Below are positions 33,758 to 43,943 of a stretch of 60,486 bases of DNA, piece after piece (position 1 is the first letter of the stretch; the number at the start of each line of letters is the position of its first letter). The notes beneath the pieces are model-generated. The model was not told the DNA's origin and did no database searches. It saw only the letters and a program-made list of their open reading frames with translations. Where the stretch lies: contig JAIDQV010000032.1 in the NCBI GenBank assembly GCA_029062045.1, positions 1 to 60,486 on the forward strand, in the 5' to 3' direction. Both the position numbers and the translations under genes were made by a program. The stretch is from Clostridia bacterium (GTDB lineage Bacteria; Bacillota; Clostridia; Christensenellales; Borkfalkiaceae).

Positions 33758-35270
33758 AAAAAGTTATCCCCTCAATATTAACTTCAACGCCGTTTGAATA
33801 GAAAGCAAAGTTCTTTCTGCGCATATCGGGGAATCTTGCCGTGAGGCAAACCGTGCCGTCAAGATATACCGTTAAAATTTCACTGTCGATAATAATATCA
33901 ACGTCGTACGCTCTGCCTGCCGCATAAGCGAACGCCACGCTTGCAAGAGGATTGCCGTAGCGGACCCTGCTTGATATATCATTATAACAAGCGAGCTTGC
34001 TTCCCGCAGTGTCGAAGGCAACCGCGCACGTTCCCAGGCGGTTATTGTACTTGCCTTCGAGTCCGAAAGTCATTCCGAAGTCCCCGCCGTAATTTCCCAC
34101 GGAGAAGGTGAAACTTATACGCGTTACGTTCGTGGCTAATTTTTCAGCGCACTTCGCCGCAAAGTTTCCGTCAAACGCCGCACTCTCTATCTTGCCGCCG
34201 TCTATAAATTCATACTGTACCTGGGATGAAAACGCATTCTTCACGTCGGAAACCATTACCGCGCAAAGCTCGCCGCTAGACAGCTGTTTAAGTTCGTGTA
34301 CTACAAGGTTTCCGCCCCAGTCGAAGTCGCCCGTGCTTCCGCCCGTAAGATTAGCGCACCAGGCAAAGGCGTACAGCTTATCACCCGCCTTTTCAAGTCT
34401 GCCCGCATAGAAGCCGCTTGCGTCTATGCTGTCGCGCTCGAACTTTTTCCAGTCGCCGTCCTTTTCGGTTTTGTATCTGTAATGGGTAACGCGGTTGTCG
34501 CCCTGCTCGCTGTATGCAAGATAGTAAACGCCGTTATATTCTATATACGACGGACATTCCATGTTGTAGCTTCCGTCGTCGTTGTAGAAGAACACGCCCC
34601 TGTCCTGCCATTCACTGCTTTGCGCGTTAAGCGAAGCCGCCGAGTATCTCTTTATTACTCCCCCGCCTATGCGAGTGGTAACAAGCATATTATAAAGATT
34701 TTCGTCGGCGTCATAGTAAAGATAGGGGTCGCGGAAATCGTCCGAATTACCGTAAAGTTTGAAATCCTCAACCTTAGTCCACGTTTCCTGGTCCGGGCTT
34801 GTGGCGTGACGCACACATTCCTTATGAGGCAAACCTATATCTTTATCCGTACCGTTGTCGTTATGTCCGGTGTAGAAGAAGTGATACGTTCCGTTGTTGT
34901 CTTTAATAACCGACCCCGTACCTATCGACGCGTCCACCGACTTCGTATCTTCCACAAAGTCTATGGATATTCCGCAATCGGTATAATTTACAAAGTCCGA
35001 AGTAGTAAGCCTGGAAATGGGGTGATAGAACATACTCAAAGACCCCTTGCTGTTCTGCAGGTGGTAAATGTTCATAACCTCGCCGTCGTAAAAAGGCATT
35101 ACGTCGCCCATTGAATACGACGCCGAATCATCCGTCGATGAAATGGGAAAAACGGTCTTCCCGTCCTGCTCGACAGAATTCTTCTTCTGCGCACTGCATC
35201 CTGTTGCGCACGCACAAGTTAAAACTGCCGCCATACTTAACAGGGCTATTGCTTTAAAACTTTTTTTCAT
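33750..35270 (-). CDS. Secreted/lipoprotein GH32 beta-fructosidase (levanase/inulinase-like)
   Basis: Lipobox-like ATGCSA, FRDPYLYY (RDP motif), MECPSY (EC motif), and a C-terminal beta-sandwich domain. Confidence 0.8.
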   Translation of the reverse strand: MKKSFKAIALLSMAAVLTCACATGCSAQKKNSVEQDGKTVFPISSTDDSASYSMGDVMPFYDGEVMNIYHLQNSKGSLSMFYHPISRLTTSDFVNYTDCGISIDFVEDTKSVDASIGTGSVIKDNNGTYHFFYTGHNDNGTDKDIGLPHKECVRHATSPDQETWTKVEDFKLYGNSDDFRDPYLYYDADENLYNMLVTTRIGGGVIKRYSAASLNAQSSEWQDRGVFFYNDDGSYNMECPSYIEYNGVYYLAYSEQGDNRVTHYRYKTEKDGDWKKFERDSIDASGFYAGRLEKAGDKLYAFAWCANLTGGSTGDFDWGGNLVVHELKQLSSGELCAVMVSDVKNAFSSQVQYEFIDGGKIESAAFDGNFAAKCAEKLATNVTRISFTFSVGNYGGDFGMTFGLEGKYNNRLGTCAVAFDTAGSKLACYNDISSRVRYGNPLASVAFAYAAGRAYDVDIIIDSEILTVYLDGTVCLTARFPDMRRKNFAFYSNGVEVNIEGITFYE

Positions 35271-36625
35271 TGTTCTCCCCCTACGCCTTTAACTTTTAAA
35301 CAGCTTACCCCGCCAGAGGTTTTTATGCGGTAATCGCCGTCAATGTATATTCTGCTTGAAATTACTTCCTTTCCGCCGTCAACGAACACCTCTATGCCCG
35401 AAACGTCCAAAAGAATTTTTACGTCGCATTTGCCGTAATTTGAATTAGTGCGGCGGATACTTCCGAAAGAATTGTTCGTCATTCGGGTATCCAGGTACAC
35501 CCCGCCGTCGTTACCTATAATAACCTTGCCGTCCGCGCCCTCTACCGTAACCGAACCCTCGCCCGAAAAGCTGAATTCTATTACACTGCACTTCGGCACT
35601 TCGCCGTTTTGGGCGTCATAAAGATATTTGTCTAATTCGTGTACGGGCGTTTGTAAAATATCGCCGTCTTTATACTGCAATTCCCTTGGAATTGTAAACG
35701 CGCCTACCCAACCGTGTTTCATATCTCTCGTAGGATAGGGTTTGTTCCACATCTCGAACCAACCTATCATTATGGGTCTGTCCGCGCCCCTCACAAACTG
35801 CGGAGCATAGAAAGCGTCGCCCTTGTCTATCTCTTTTATAAAATCGATATCCATTTGCCCGCGCTCGAAGTTTATATTACCTACGATAAACACGCTTGAA
35901 TTTATATTTTTAAAATCGTTGTTTCTGCTATGAACGTGGCAGCCCGATACTACGAAAACGTCCTTGCCGCCTATTTTGAAATACGAAGGGCATTCCCCCA
36001 TATCGCCTAACTCATAGTAAGGTCCGATGTAAAATTTGTATTCGAGTTTTTCGGGAGATTTCCCGCCTAAAACCACGATGACCCCTCTGTTTGCCGCCCT
36101 GTCCTTGCCGCCGACAAATACGTAGTACGTATCGCCTACCTTTATAGGGCAGGGGTCGCGGAAGTCTATCACGGAAAGATTTTTAGGAAGGTTTGAATTA
36201 TCGAAAGCCTTTACGGGGTCTTTAAACTCTTTACCGTCAGCGGAAGTCGAGGTATACACTTCCTCGATTTTGCTTTCGCCCTCTTCGGTATGCAAAGTGT
36301 AGTAAATAGTGATACCGCCGTCCGTTTGAATAGCCCCGCCCGAAAACGCTTTTTCGTTTTCGTCTTCGTGCATAAGCGCGACGCCGCAGTCGGTATAGGA
36401 TATGAGGTCGTCGGAAACTACGTGTCCCCAACACATCTTGCCCGTATCCGTATCGTAAGGATTAAACTGATAATACAGGTGATATTTATCCCCGAAGCGT
36501 ATAAGACCGTTCGGGTCGTTCATCCACCCTACGGGCGGCATAACGTGATATTTAAGCCTGTATTTTCCGTTTACCGACTTTTTTGCCCTTGCGATATAGG
36601 CGTTAGCTTTCAAAAGTTCGTCCAT
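35267..36625 (-). CDS. Intracellular GH32 beta-fructofuranosidase (sucrose-6-P hydrolase/exo-inulinase-like)
   Basis: GWMNDPNGL (nucleophile Asp), FRDPCP, GECPSYF. Confidence 0.88.
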   Translation of the reverse strand: MDELLKANAYIARAKKSVNGKYRLKYHVMPPVGWMNDPNGLIRFGDKYHLYYQFNPYDTDTGKMCWGHVVSDDLISYTDCGVALMHEDENEKAFSGGAIQTDGGITIYYTLHTEEGESKIEEVYTSTSADGKEFKDPVKAFDNSNLPKNLSVIDFRDPCPIKVGDTYYVFVGGKDRAANRGVIVVLGGKSPEKLEYKFYIGPYYELGDMGECPSYFKIGGKDVFVVSGCHVHSRNNDFKNINSSVFIVGNINFERGQMDIDFIKEIDKGDAFYAPQFVRGADRPIMIGWFEMWNKPYPTRDMKHGWVGAFTIPRELQYKDGDILQTPVHELDKYLYDAQNGEVPKCSVIEFSFSGEGSVTVEGADGKVIIGNDGGVYLDTRMTNNSFGSIRRTNSNYGKCDVKILLDVSGIEVFVDGGKEVISSRIYIDGDYRIKTSGGVSCLKVKGVGGEQ

Positions 36626-36629
36626 AAAT

Positions 36630-38741
36630 TTACCTTTCCAAATCGCTCAAACAACAAATTTGGATATCGCTTATTTCAATAGTAACGTTGTGATACGCCG
36701 TGTTTTCGCCATAACCGAAGCGCCAAAGCAAAACGTAGTCGTCGTTTACCCCGACGTCGTTGCACCTTATTGCAAACGTCTGCTCCTCGGTTGTGAATTT
36801 CATCTCTTTCCACACAAGCGTCGGGTCCCATCCGGCGTTTACGTGCGGAGCAAACAGCAATTTAACGTTTTGCGATGCTTTCGCTTTAAACGTTATGATA
36901 TAGTTGCCCATCGCGGCGGATAAGTTGAACGCAGGGGATTCTAATTCATTGTCCTTCTCGCCGCCGCCGAAGCTCTCTACGTTATAAGTTATTTTGCCGT
37001 ACTCGCATTTGACGCTTCCGGCGCCGTCGCCGTTATGGCTTGCCTGCACCGCACCTATTGCGTAATGCTGGTATAAATAACCACTCTCATCTGCCTGAAC
37101 TTTTAAATTTTTTATTGTGATTTTGTTCGCGTGTGCGCCCGAAGCTACGTATATCCACAAGTCGCCGCTCGTGTCTGCGTTAGCGGTAAATTTAACTTCA
37201 TTATGACCTGTTTCAAAGGTCTTACCGATTTCTACTTCGTCCCATTGATTTTTCTGTAACTTCACTTCAAAAGCTTCATCTTTTTCGGCTTCGACGTCGT
37301 ACGAAACGGTATAAGGAATTCCTTCAACAAGTTTAAATCCCGTTTCCACAAACATACCACCGCGCCAGTTGTCGCCGGCACCAATAGTGGTCTTGGTTAT
37401 TTCGAGATAAGCGCCCACGCCTTCTTCTACAACACCTATATTTCCTTCAAGTTCAAATTGTCCTTTATCGTCGTCAAATCTGGTTTTAATTTTTCCGTTA
37501 AAGTTGAAATCAGTCAGCTTATCAGTGAGTTTGACCGCGCACTCTACTACTTGCAGGTTTGAAATGGTTATATTATTGACAGCTGTGCCCGACCTGATAA
37601 ATAACCATAATCCCTGACTACTCCAGTCGCTTGTTGCGTTTATGATTTGACCGCATTTCCCGTTAAGCGGCGTTTTTAATACTATTTTGGAATCCCATTG
37701 TCCATAATTTATACAAACGTCATACTCGTTACCGAGTTCGCTGACAATATCGAATGAAACGTAATACGTTTTGCCGTCCTCGAGAGTCACTCCCGTATTT
37801 ACGAACATTCCGGTTTTCCAATCATCACCGGCAGGAGCAAATACGTCTATTGTTGCGGAATTTCCCTTTTCCGTCACAGTCGCTCCGGACGCTCCCTCGG
37901 TTCTGTTTATGGTTTTTCCGGTGAAATCAAAGTTTGTCACATTATTTGTGTTTTCTATAACTTCTATTTCGGGGGCGTTATAATATACCGATTCGGCTTT
38001 GGTGAATTCCACTTCCAAATCACCTTCAAGTCCGCCCATCCAAAGCTCTATTTCAACCGTTTCAACCGTATCATTTTCGGTTTCGCCTTTCGCGGTATAA
38101 TTGAATTTTACTACGTTTTCGCCCTCGGTTACGTTAATATTGCCTTCCAAAGCCTTGCCGTCCGCAGCCAATTTAATTCTGCCCGCAATGTTGCTTTTAA
38201 AGTAATATTCAAAAGTATACATAACGTCGGTATTCAGCGTATATGTGCGGGTCAAGCGCACGTCCTCGGCTATTTCCTGCCCCTGTGTTTTAAAGGCAAA
38301 AACGTCGCCGTTCAAGCCGCTGTTCAATACCTTTACGCTGCCGCCCGTCTTTAAAGCAAAACCGTTCGTAAGCATGGTATCCATATATACTTCGCGCTCT
38401 TGCACGGTTGCGGCAACGGTAGTTCTTGCAAACTTGCCCCCACTGTCTTTAACCTCGTAGCAAACCTCGTAATCGCCCGCTTCGGGGAAAACCGCATAAC
38501 CGTTTTGTACCGCAACTTCGGGGGTTACGGTAATCTTCAAATCGGGCGTTATGTCGCCGTCCTCTTTATCGAGTGCGGAAACGCCGCTTAAAAGGTCAAC
38601 TACGGTATTTGCAAGACAAGTAATGTCGCTTGCCCCGCTAACTTCGGGCCCTTGATTAATTTCGGGCGAGCAAGCGGCAAACGTCGATACAGCCATAACC
38701 GCGGCAAGCGGTAACATTATTATTTTAGCTTTCTTCATCAT
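36630..38741 (-). CDS. Large surface lipoprotein with Ig-like (DUF5011-like) and repeated carbohydrate-binding-module-like domains
   Basis: Lipobox TFAACS. DKEDGDITPDLKITV is Ig-like. Internally repeated segments (ATIDVFAPAGDDWKTGMFVNTGVTLEDGKTYYVSFDI vs AYLEITKTTIGAGDNWRGGMFVETGFKLVEGIPYTVSYDV). Function is inferred from context. Confidence 0.5.
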   Translation of the reverse strand: MMKKAKIIMLPLAAVMAVSTFAACSPEINQGPEVSGASDITCLANTVVDLLSGVSALDKEDGDITPDLKITVTPEVAVQNGYAVFPEAGDYEVCYEVKDSGGKFARTTVAATVQEREVYMDTMLTNGFALKTGGSVKVLNSGLNGDVFAFKTQGQEIAEDVRLTRTYTLNTDVMYTFEYYFKSNIAGRIKLAADGKALEGNINVTEGENVVKFNYTAKGETENDTVETVEIELWMGGLEGDLEVEFTKAESVYYNAPEIEVIENTNNVTNFDFTGKTINRTEGASGATVTEKGNSATIDVFAPAGDDWKTGMFVNTGVTLEDGKTYYVSFDIVSELGNEYDVCINYGQWDSKIVLKTPLNGKCGQIINATSDWSSQGLWLFIRSGTAVNNITISNLQVVECAVKLTDKLTDFNFNGKIKTRFDDDKGQFELEGNIGVVEEGVGAYLEITKTTIGAGDNWRGGMFVETGFKLVEGIPYTVSYDVEAEKDEAFEVKLQKNQWDEVEIGKTFETGHNEVKFTANADTSGDLWIYVASGAHANKITIKNLKVQADESGYLYQHYAIGAVQASHNGDGAGSVKCEYGKITYNVESFGGGEKDNELESPAFNLSAAMGNYIITFKAKASQNVKLLFAPHVNAGWDPTLVWKEMKFTTEEQTFAIRCNDVGVNDDYVLLWRFGYGENTAYHNVTIEISDIQICCLSDLER

Positions 38742-39408
38742 TCTTCTCCAATTCGGGACGGATTACTTTACCGTTTTCGTCAAGATAGTCATCCGCCTTT
38801 TCCATCTTTTTTAGTTCAAACACGCTGACGTTCAGCGCCTTTGCTTTAAGTTTTAAAATATTTTCTTTCATTAACTTAGAGGTTATAAGCGGAACCGCGT
38901 ACAACGTCAACGGTACAAAATAGGGATAGAAAATTATCAATGCTACAACGCCCGCGACACAGGCGATTGAAATTATACTGCGCAAAAGTCCGCCGAATAC
39001 AAGCATAATTCCGTTGTATAAAAGCTGTCTGAATTTTACGTCCATATTTACTATGACGGTAGGCGCAGTCGTTAAATAGATAACCCCTACGACCAAAGCG
39101 ATACAGCTTACAGCCAAAACGAAATAGCTTGTATTTTCGGGATGCGTATTGAAAAAGTAAATATTGAGTACGGGAAAAACTATTATCACTAACTGAAAAA
39201 TTGTATAGAAAATAAGTATTTTCCAGTTGTGCCCTATCGTGGTGAAAATGTCTTTAAAGCGGCGCGTGTTGATATCCTCTTTAAAATATCCCGTAACGCC
39301 CGTCAACATAGGCACGAAAGGAATTATCAGCACGGCAGAGAGCGCGATTAATATGGTAATGACTAAAAATTCAAAAGCATAATCGCCTATTAGCCTGAAA
39401 CCTTTCAT
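38725..39408 (-). CDS. DUF624/YesL-family integral membrane protein
   Basis: 227 aa with about 5 TM helices. It sits between the SBP and glycosidase genes, as YesL-type genes do in Firmicutes sugar loci. Confidence 0.55.
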   Translation of the reverse strand: MKGFRLIGDYAFEFLVITILIALSAVLIIPFVPMLTGVTGYFKEDINTRRFKDIFTTIGHNWKILIFYTIFQLVIIVFPVLNIYFFNTHPENTSYFVLAVSCIALVVGVIYLTTAPTVIVNMDVKFRQLLYNGIMLVFGGLLRSIISIACVAGVVALIIFYPYFVPLTLYAVPLITSKLMKENILKLKAKALNVSVFELKKMEKADDYLDENGKVIRPELEKNDEES

Positions 39409-39425
39409 CCTCTGCCCCCGTTATC

Positions 39426-41036
39426 TTATTTCTCCGATGCTTTAAGATACCTGTCGTACGCGTCCTGATTGACTCTTTTAATTTCCGATATTGAGGTCGC
39501 GTTGGTTTTCAAAAAACTTTGCCAATCGCTTACGGTCGGCGTCGATTTAGAAGTTACTCTTGTAGTGAACCAGGAATTTATGTTTTTGCCCAACGAGTTT
39601 TCGTATCTGAACAGAATATCCAATTCCTCTTTGCTGTAATTGAGGTTGGGTATGGGCTGAACGTTTGTAAATTCGTTGTGTTCAAGATATTTTTCCAACC
39701 TGTCAAGTCTGAGCTGAGCGCGCGGCTCCATCTGCACTTCCTTGCCCCATATGTTTTTATCCAGATATACTACCCCGTACGGTGCGTTCTTCATACGGAA
39801 GTCGTCCGCACTCTGCGCGCCGTGGTCGCTGTTGTGAACAAGCATTTCACCTTCAACGTATTTTTCAAACGCGCCCGAATCTATCGAACCGTAGTTAAGC
39901 TGCGCCGAATATATGGGCTCGAAAAATTTATCGAAGTAAGACAAAAGTCCTGGTATATCTTTGCAGGTGCTTATAATAACGCATGCGCCCTTTTCTATTT
40001 CAAGCTCGTTGCTCGCGCCGACGTACTGTTTGCCCGTCGCGTCGTCAACAAGGGGTTGAAGCATAATGTAGTCGTTCTGCAAGTCTTTGGAAACTACCGT
40101 TTCCTTTTCCCACCAATAGAAGGCGCCGTATCTTCCGTCCTGTCCCTTTGCAAGGAATTCGTCCTGGGTCTGCGTAAACGCCGTCGAACGGATAAGCGAA
40201 GTGTTGTACCAGTCGTTCAGTTCTTTAACCGCATTAAACCATTGCTCGTATTCGACCGTGAATTCTATCTTGCCGTTTACTATGGTCTTGTGCTGGGTGT
40301 TTTCGGGAACGCCGAACGAAGATACCAAATCGCTTATGTTTCCCTGCCAGTTCGTGCTTACGAAGGACAAAGGAATTTCGTTGTCGCTCTTGCCGTCGCC
40401 GTCCATGTCTTTGCTGTTGAACTTCTTTAAAATTTCTTTAAATTGGTTTCTTGTAAGCGTAAGTCCGTCGACAAGGTCTTCTTCGGTTAATTCCAAACCT
40501 TCGGGAAGGTCGTTGGGAATAAGTTTTTTAACCCACTCTTTATTTATAAACAAAAGGTTGGGATATGCTTTAAGCCCCATTTCTTCCACGCGCGGAAGGG
40601 AATATATATTCCCGTCGGGGGATTTAAGCGCTTCGGCAATTTCGGGACGGTTTTCCAGAATTTTGCTGAAGTTAGGCATATACTTCAGATATTTGTCTAT
40701 CGAAACAATTCTTCCGCTTCTGCCGTAATTATAAAGCTGCAAGTTGGAAAAACCCGAGTGATAAATTGCGTCTATGCCGCTTATTCCTACGGGGTCGGTA
40801 TTGTTCGAGTACTGCGTTGACGTATTGTAAGTCCAATAAACGTCCTTACCCGTCGTCTTTGCAAGTGCCTTAAATACCGGCATAGTGTTATAATCTTTAA
40901 CCGTCTCTTCCTTTACGGTCAAAATTGTAAATTCGTGTCCGTCTTCGTCTTTGGGCGAAGTTGCTATTACCGTATAAGTTATTACTACCGCAAACCAAAG
41001 TACTGCTACAATCACGCCTGCTATAATTTTTTTCAT
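39426..41036 (-). CDS. Extracellular solute-binding protein (LplA-like, family 1) of sugar ABC transporter, TM-anchored
   Basis: 536 aa with an N-terminal hydrophobic anchor. Size and position upstream of the LplB/LplC-type permeases fit the call. Confidence 0.75.
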   Translation of the reverse strand: MKKIIAGVIVAVLWFAVVITYTVIATSPKDEDGHEFTILTVKEETVKDYNTMPVFKALAKTTGKDVYWTYNTSTQYSNNTDPVGISGIDAIYHSGFSNLQLYNYGRSGRIVSIDKYLKYMPNFSKILENRPEIAEALKSPDGNIYSLPRVEEMGLKAYPNLLFINKEWVKKLIPNDLPEGLELTEEDLVDGLTLTRNQFKEILKKFNSKDMDGDGKSDNEIPLSFVSTNWQGNISDLVSSFGVPENTQHKTIVNGKIEFTVEYEQWFNAVKELNDWYNTSLIRSTAFTQTQDEFLAKGQDGRYGAFYWWEKETVVSKDLQNDYIMLQPLVDDATGKQYVGASNELEIEKGACVIISTCKDIPGLLSYFDKFFEPIYSAQLNYGSIDSGAFEKYVEGEMLVHNSDHGAQSADDFRMKNAPYGVVYLDKNIWGKEVQMEPRAQLRLDRLEKYLEHNEFTNVQPIPNLNYSKEELDILFRYENSLGKNINSWFTTRVTSKSTPTVSDWQSFLKTNATSISEIKRVNQDAYDRYLKASEK

Positions 41037-41048
41037 TTTAATCCCCGC

Positions 41049-41954
41049 TTATTTAAATGAACCTACAAGCACACCTTGACCGAAGTGCTTTTCTATCATA
41101 GGGTAAAGTATAAGAATGGGTACCGTCGCCACTATAATAGAAGTAAATTTAATCTGCGTTGCAACACGCATCTGTTCAAGAACAACGTCGCCTTCGCCGC
41201 CTGCGGTCGCGTCCAGAAGTCCGTTTATTACCGCTTGCAACGGGTAGAAATCTTTGTCAATACTGAAGATGTACGCGTCGATATAATTGTTCCAATGTCC
41301 TACCGCATAGAAGAGAACCATTACGCTTATTATTGACTTTGCAAGGGGAAGAACAAGGTCGAAGAATGTCCTAATCTCTCCCGCGCCGTCAATTTGCGCC
41401 GCTTCCAAAACTTCTTTCGGCACATTCACCTGGAAAAACGACTTGCACATAAACACGTTGTAAACGCTGACGCCGCCGCCGATAATAAGTATTAACGGAT
41501 TTTGGTAAAGTCCCAAAGAACGGCATAAAATTACGTACGGAACAAGTCCGCCTCCGAAGAACATCGTAATTATTAAAAGTACGTTTATAAGTTTTCTGAA
41601 CGGCAAGTAATCGCGTGAAAGCGCCCAGCCTGCCGGTATAGTCAAAGCTATATTGAACACAGTTCCGAATATCGTGTATATAAGCGTATTGAAATATCCG
41701 CGCCAAACGTCGTCACGGTTGAAAAGCTGCGCATAGCCCGAAAAAGTTACTTTAACGGGATACAGCCACACGTCGCCCGTCATTACCGCGTCCGGGTCGG
41801 ATATAGAAGCAACGATTATATAGTAAAGAGGATATATTACGATAACCGCCAACAAGAAGAGTATAAAACCGCAAATTGCGTAATAGACGTAGTCTACCTT
41901 ACTCTCTTTTATTTTGTTTTTCTTTTTTAATGCTTTCAGTTCCTTAGCGTCCAT
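41049..41954 (-). CDS. Carbohydrate ABC transporter permease (LplC-like)
   Basis: Six TM helices and an EAA-loop-like motif (EAAQIDGAGEIRTFFDLVLPL). Confidence 0.88.
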   Translation of the reverse strand: MDAKELKALKKKNKIKESKVDYVYYAICGFILFLLAVIVIYPLYYIIVASISDPDAVMTGDVWLYPVKVTFSGYAQLFNRDDVWRGYFNTLIYTIFGTVFNIALTIPAGWALSRDYLPFRKLINVLLIITMFFGGGLVPYVILCRSLGLYQNPLILIIGGGVSVYNVFMCKSFFQVNVPKEVLEAAQIDGAGEIRTFFDLVLPLAKSIISVMVLFYAVGHWNNYIDAYIFSIDKDFYPLQAVINGLLDATAGGEGDVVLEQMRVATQIKFTSIIVATVPILILYPMIEKHFGQGVLVGSFK

Positions 41955-41969
41955 ATTCTTAACCCTCGC

Positions 41970-43019
41970 TTACCACATGCTCTGGTTAGCCAATTTCTTT
42001 GAAGTAAAGTTGGCTATTACCAGCAACACCACGTTAATTACCGAATTGAATAGACCGGAAGCGGTACTCAGTCCGTACTGTCCGCTCATCAGTCCGCCGT
42101 AAACGTAAGTAGAAATAATTTCGCTGGTGGAAATATTTCCGTCCGTCTGCATCAGAAGAACTTTCTCGTATCCGCAGCTCATTAAGTTGCCGACGGAAAG
42201 TATCATAAGCATTACTATCGTGGGAAGAATTGCAGGCAGGTCAACGCTGAAAATTCTTCTGAACCTCGAAGCGCCGTCAACCTTAGCCGCCTCGTGCAAC
42301 GCAGGGTCTACGCCCGAAAGCGCCGCCAGATAGATAATTGCCGACCAGCCGAAATCCTGCCAGTTACCGGAGAATATAAACAGCGGTCTGAACGCTTCTG
42401 CCTTTAAAAAGAGTTGCAGTCCGTTCGCGTCCCCTCCCATCTTTATGCTTAGCTGGTCCAAAAGTCCGTCCGAGCCGAATATAAGTTTCAACATTCCCAC
42501 AAGTACTACAAGGGATATGAAGTGAGGCGCATAATAGAGAATCTGCAACCCCTTCTTCACCTTTTTGGGTTTTACCGAGTTCAGTAAAAGCGCAACTATA
42601 ATGGGAAGCGGGAAGCCTACGATAAACCCTAATATGCAAAGTAAAAAGGTGTTTAAAAAGTAATTTCCGAAGTTCGGGTCCGAAAAGAAAGTTTTGAAGT
42701 TATCGAAACCTACCCACAGGGTATCCTTTCCTATAATATCATTGCCGGGAAGATAGTCCTGGAAAGCAACTAAAATACCGTACATAGGACCGTAACAGAA
42801 AATCAGAACGTAGATAAGCGCAGGCAGGATAAATACCAATATCCAACCCTTGCGCTTAAAGTTTTCTTTCCATTTCTGCCATTTCGTCGGGCTTTGATTG
42901 TTCACAATACCGTTGCTGGCTTTGGCAGGTCCGCCGGCCAATGCTTCGTACGCCTGCTCGACAAGCAATTCGTTGTCGTCCGTCTTCTCAGCGGTCAACA
43001 CTTCTGCGTTCTCACTCAT
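41970..43019 (-). CDS. Carbohydrate ABC transporter permease (LplB-like)
   Basis: EAA loop EAAKVDGASRFRRIFSVDLPAI. Start refined to the ATG at 43019 (MSENAEV), preceded by AGGGGTGA. Confidence 0.88.
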   Translation of the reverse strand: MSENAEVLTAEKTDDNELLVEQAYEALAGGPAKASNGIVNNQSPTKWQKWKENFKRKGWILVFILPALIYVLIFCYGPMYGILVAFQDYLPGNDIIGKDTLWVGFDNFKTFFSDPNFGNYFLNTFLLCILGFIVGFPLPIIVALLLNSVKPKKVKKGLQILYYAPHFISLVVLVGMLKLIFGSDGLLDQLSIKMGGDANGLQLFLKAEAFRPLFIFSGNWQDFGWSAIIYLAALSGVDPALHEAAKVDGASRFRRIFSVDLPAILPTIVMLMILSVGNLMSCGYEKVLLMQTDGNISTSEIISTYVYGGLMSGQYGLSTASGLFNSVINVVLLVIANFTSKKLANQSMW

Positions 43020-43023
43020 ACAA

Positions 43024-43758
43024 TCACCCCTTTTTATTTGCACTTAATTTTTTAACTGCGGTAAATCCCGCGTATCCCAATATCAAAGCGCCGAACACCG
43101 CTAAGTCCACCCACAGGAAGGTACGGTTCGCCGGCTGCTCTTCATCATCGATGTAATCGGGCAACCCCGAATATTTAAAAGTCGCCGTCGGTCTTCCCAG
43201 CGACGTGTACGCCTTTACCGTGTGGGTTCCGCCCGTCATATTTTTAAGTGTGTCTGCGGAAAGAGTTATTACGTCGCCGTCAATGTTATAGGCGTATTCG
43301 ATACCGTTTATTTCGATTTTGAAGACTTGTACGGATTCGCTTACTTTAAAGGAAATATCTTCCCCCCTCGTAAACCCGCTGTTATCGGATAACACGGGGG
43401 TTATAGTTGCCGCCTCAAAGTTTGTCTCTACAACGAAGTCCTCGTCGGCGGAAGCCGTAACCGCCCTGAAAGTGTACTTCGTGTCCGCTTCCAAAGTTTT
43501 CAGATAGGCTTCGCTTATCGTTACCTCGCCGTTCTCCTCGCTGTATTCGCCGTCCTTTAATCTGTAACTTCCGTCGGTTACGTTGACAACCTTCAACACG
43601 TCGCCGCTTACACTGCGCGTTGAATTCACCGCACTTGAAACCCCGTGTTTGTTATCAAGCGCGGCTTCGTCAGCCGTACGGCCGCAGGCAGTAAAGCAAA
43701 AAGGCGCCGCTACCGCCGTCAATGCCAAAGCAATAAAGGTGACTAACTTTTTTCTCAT
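43024..43758 (-). CDS. Lipoprotein with Ig-like repeats and C-terminal TM anchor, unknown function
   Basis: Signal peptide with lipobox CFTAC after the refined start MRKKLVTF (ATG at 43758, RBS GGGGGAAA). C-terminal hydrophobic helix followed by KKLSANKKG. Confidence 0.55.
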   Translation of the reverse strand: MRKKLVTFIALALTAVAAPFCFTACGRTADEAALDNKHGVSSAVNSTRSVSGDVLKVVNVTDGSYRLKDGEYSEENGEVTISEAYLKTLEADTKYTFRAVTASADEDFVVETNFEAATITPVLSDNSGFTRGEDISFKVSESVQVFKIEINGIEYAYNIDGDVITLSADTLKNMTGGTHTVKAYTSLGRPTATFKYSGLPDYIDDEEQPANRTFLWVDLAVFGALILGYAGFTAVKKLSANKKG

Positions 43759-43857
43759 AATTTCCCCCATACTTGAAATTTGATATAAAATCACACTAAT
43801 TGTTTATTTGTTACATAATACATATTATAAAATATTCTGTCAACACTAATAAAATAC

Positions 43858-43875
43858 ATTGTGCATTTGCACAAT
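43858..43875. promoter_or_regulatory. Perfect 8+2+8 palindrome, candidate LacI-family operator
   Basis: ATTGTGCA-tt-TGCACAAT in the divergent intergenic region. A half-site copy, TTGTGCATTT, recurs ~20 nt downstream. Confidence 0.45.
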
Positions 43876-43908
43876 TACATTTAATTGATTTTTGTGCATT
43901 TGAAAAGA

Positions 43909-43937
43909 TTGACTAATTTCGCCGTAAGCCTTATATT
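43909..43937 (+). promoter_or_regulatory. Promoter of LacI regulator; geometry suggests a leaderless mRNA
   Basis: TTGACT-17 nt-TATATT, with only 6 nt between the -10 box and the ATG at 43944 and no Shine-Dalgarno. Confidence 0.45.
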
Positions 43938-43943
43938 ATAAAT

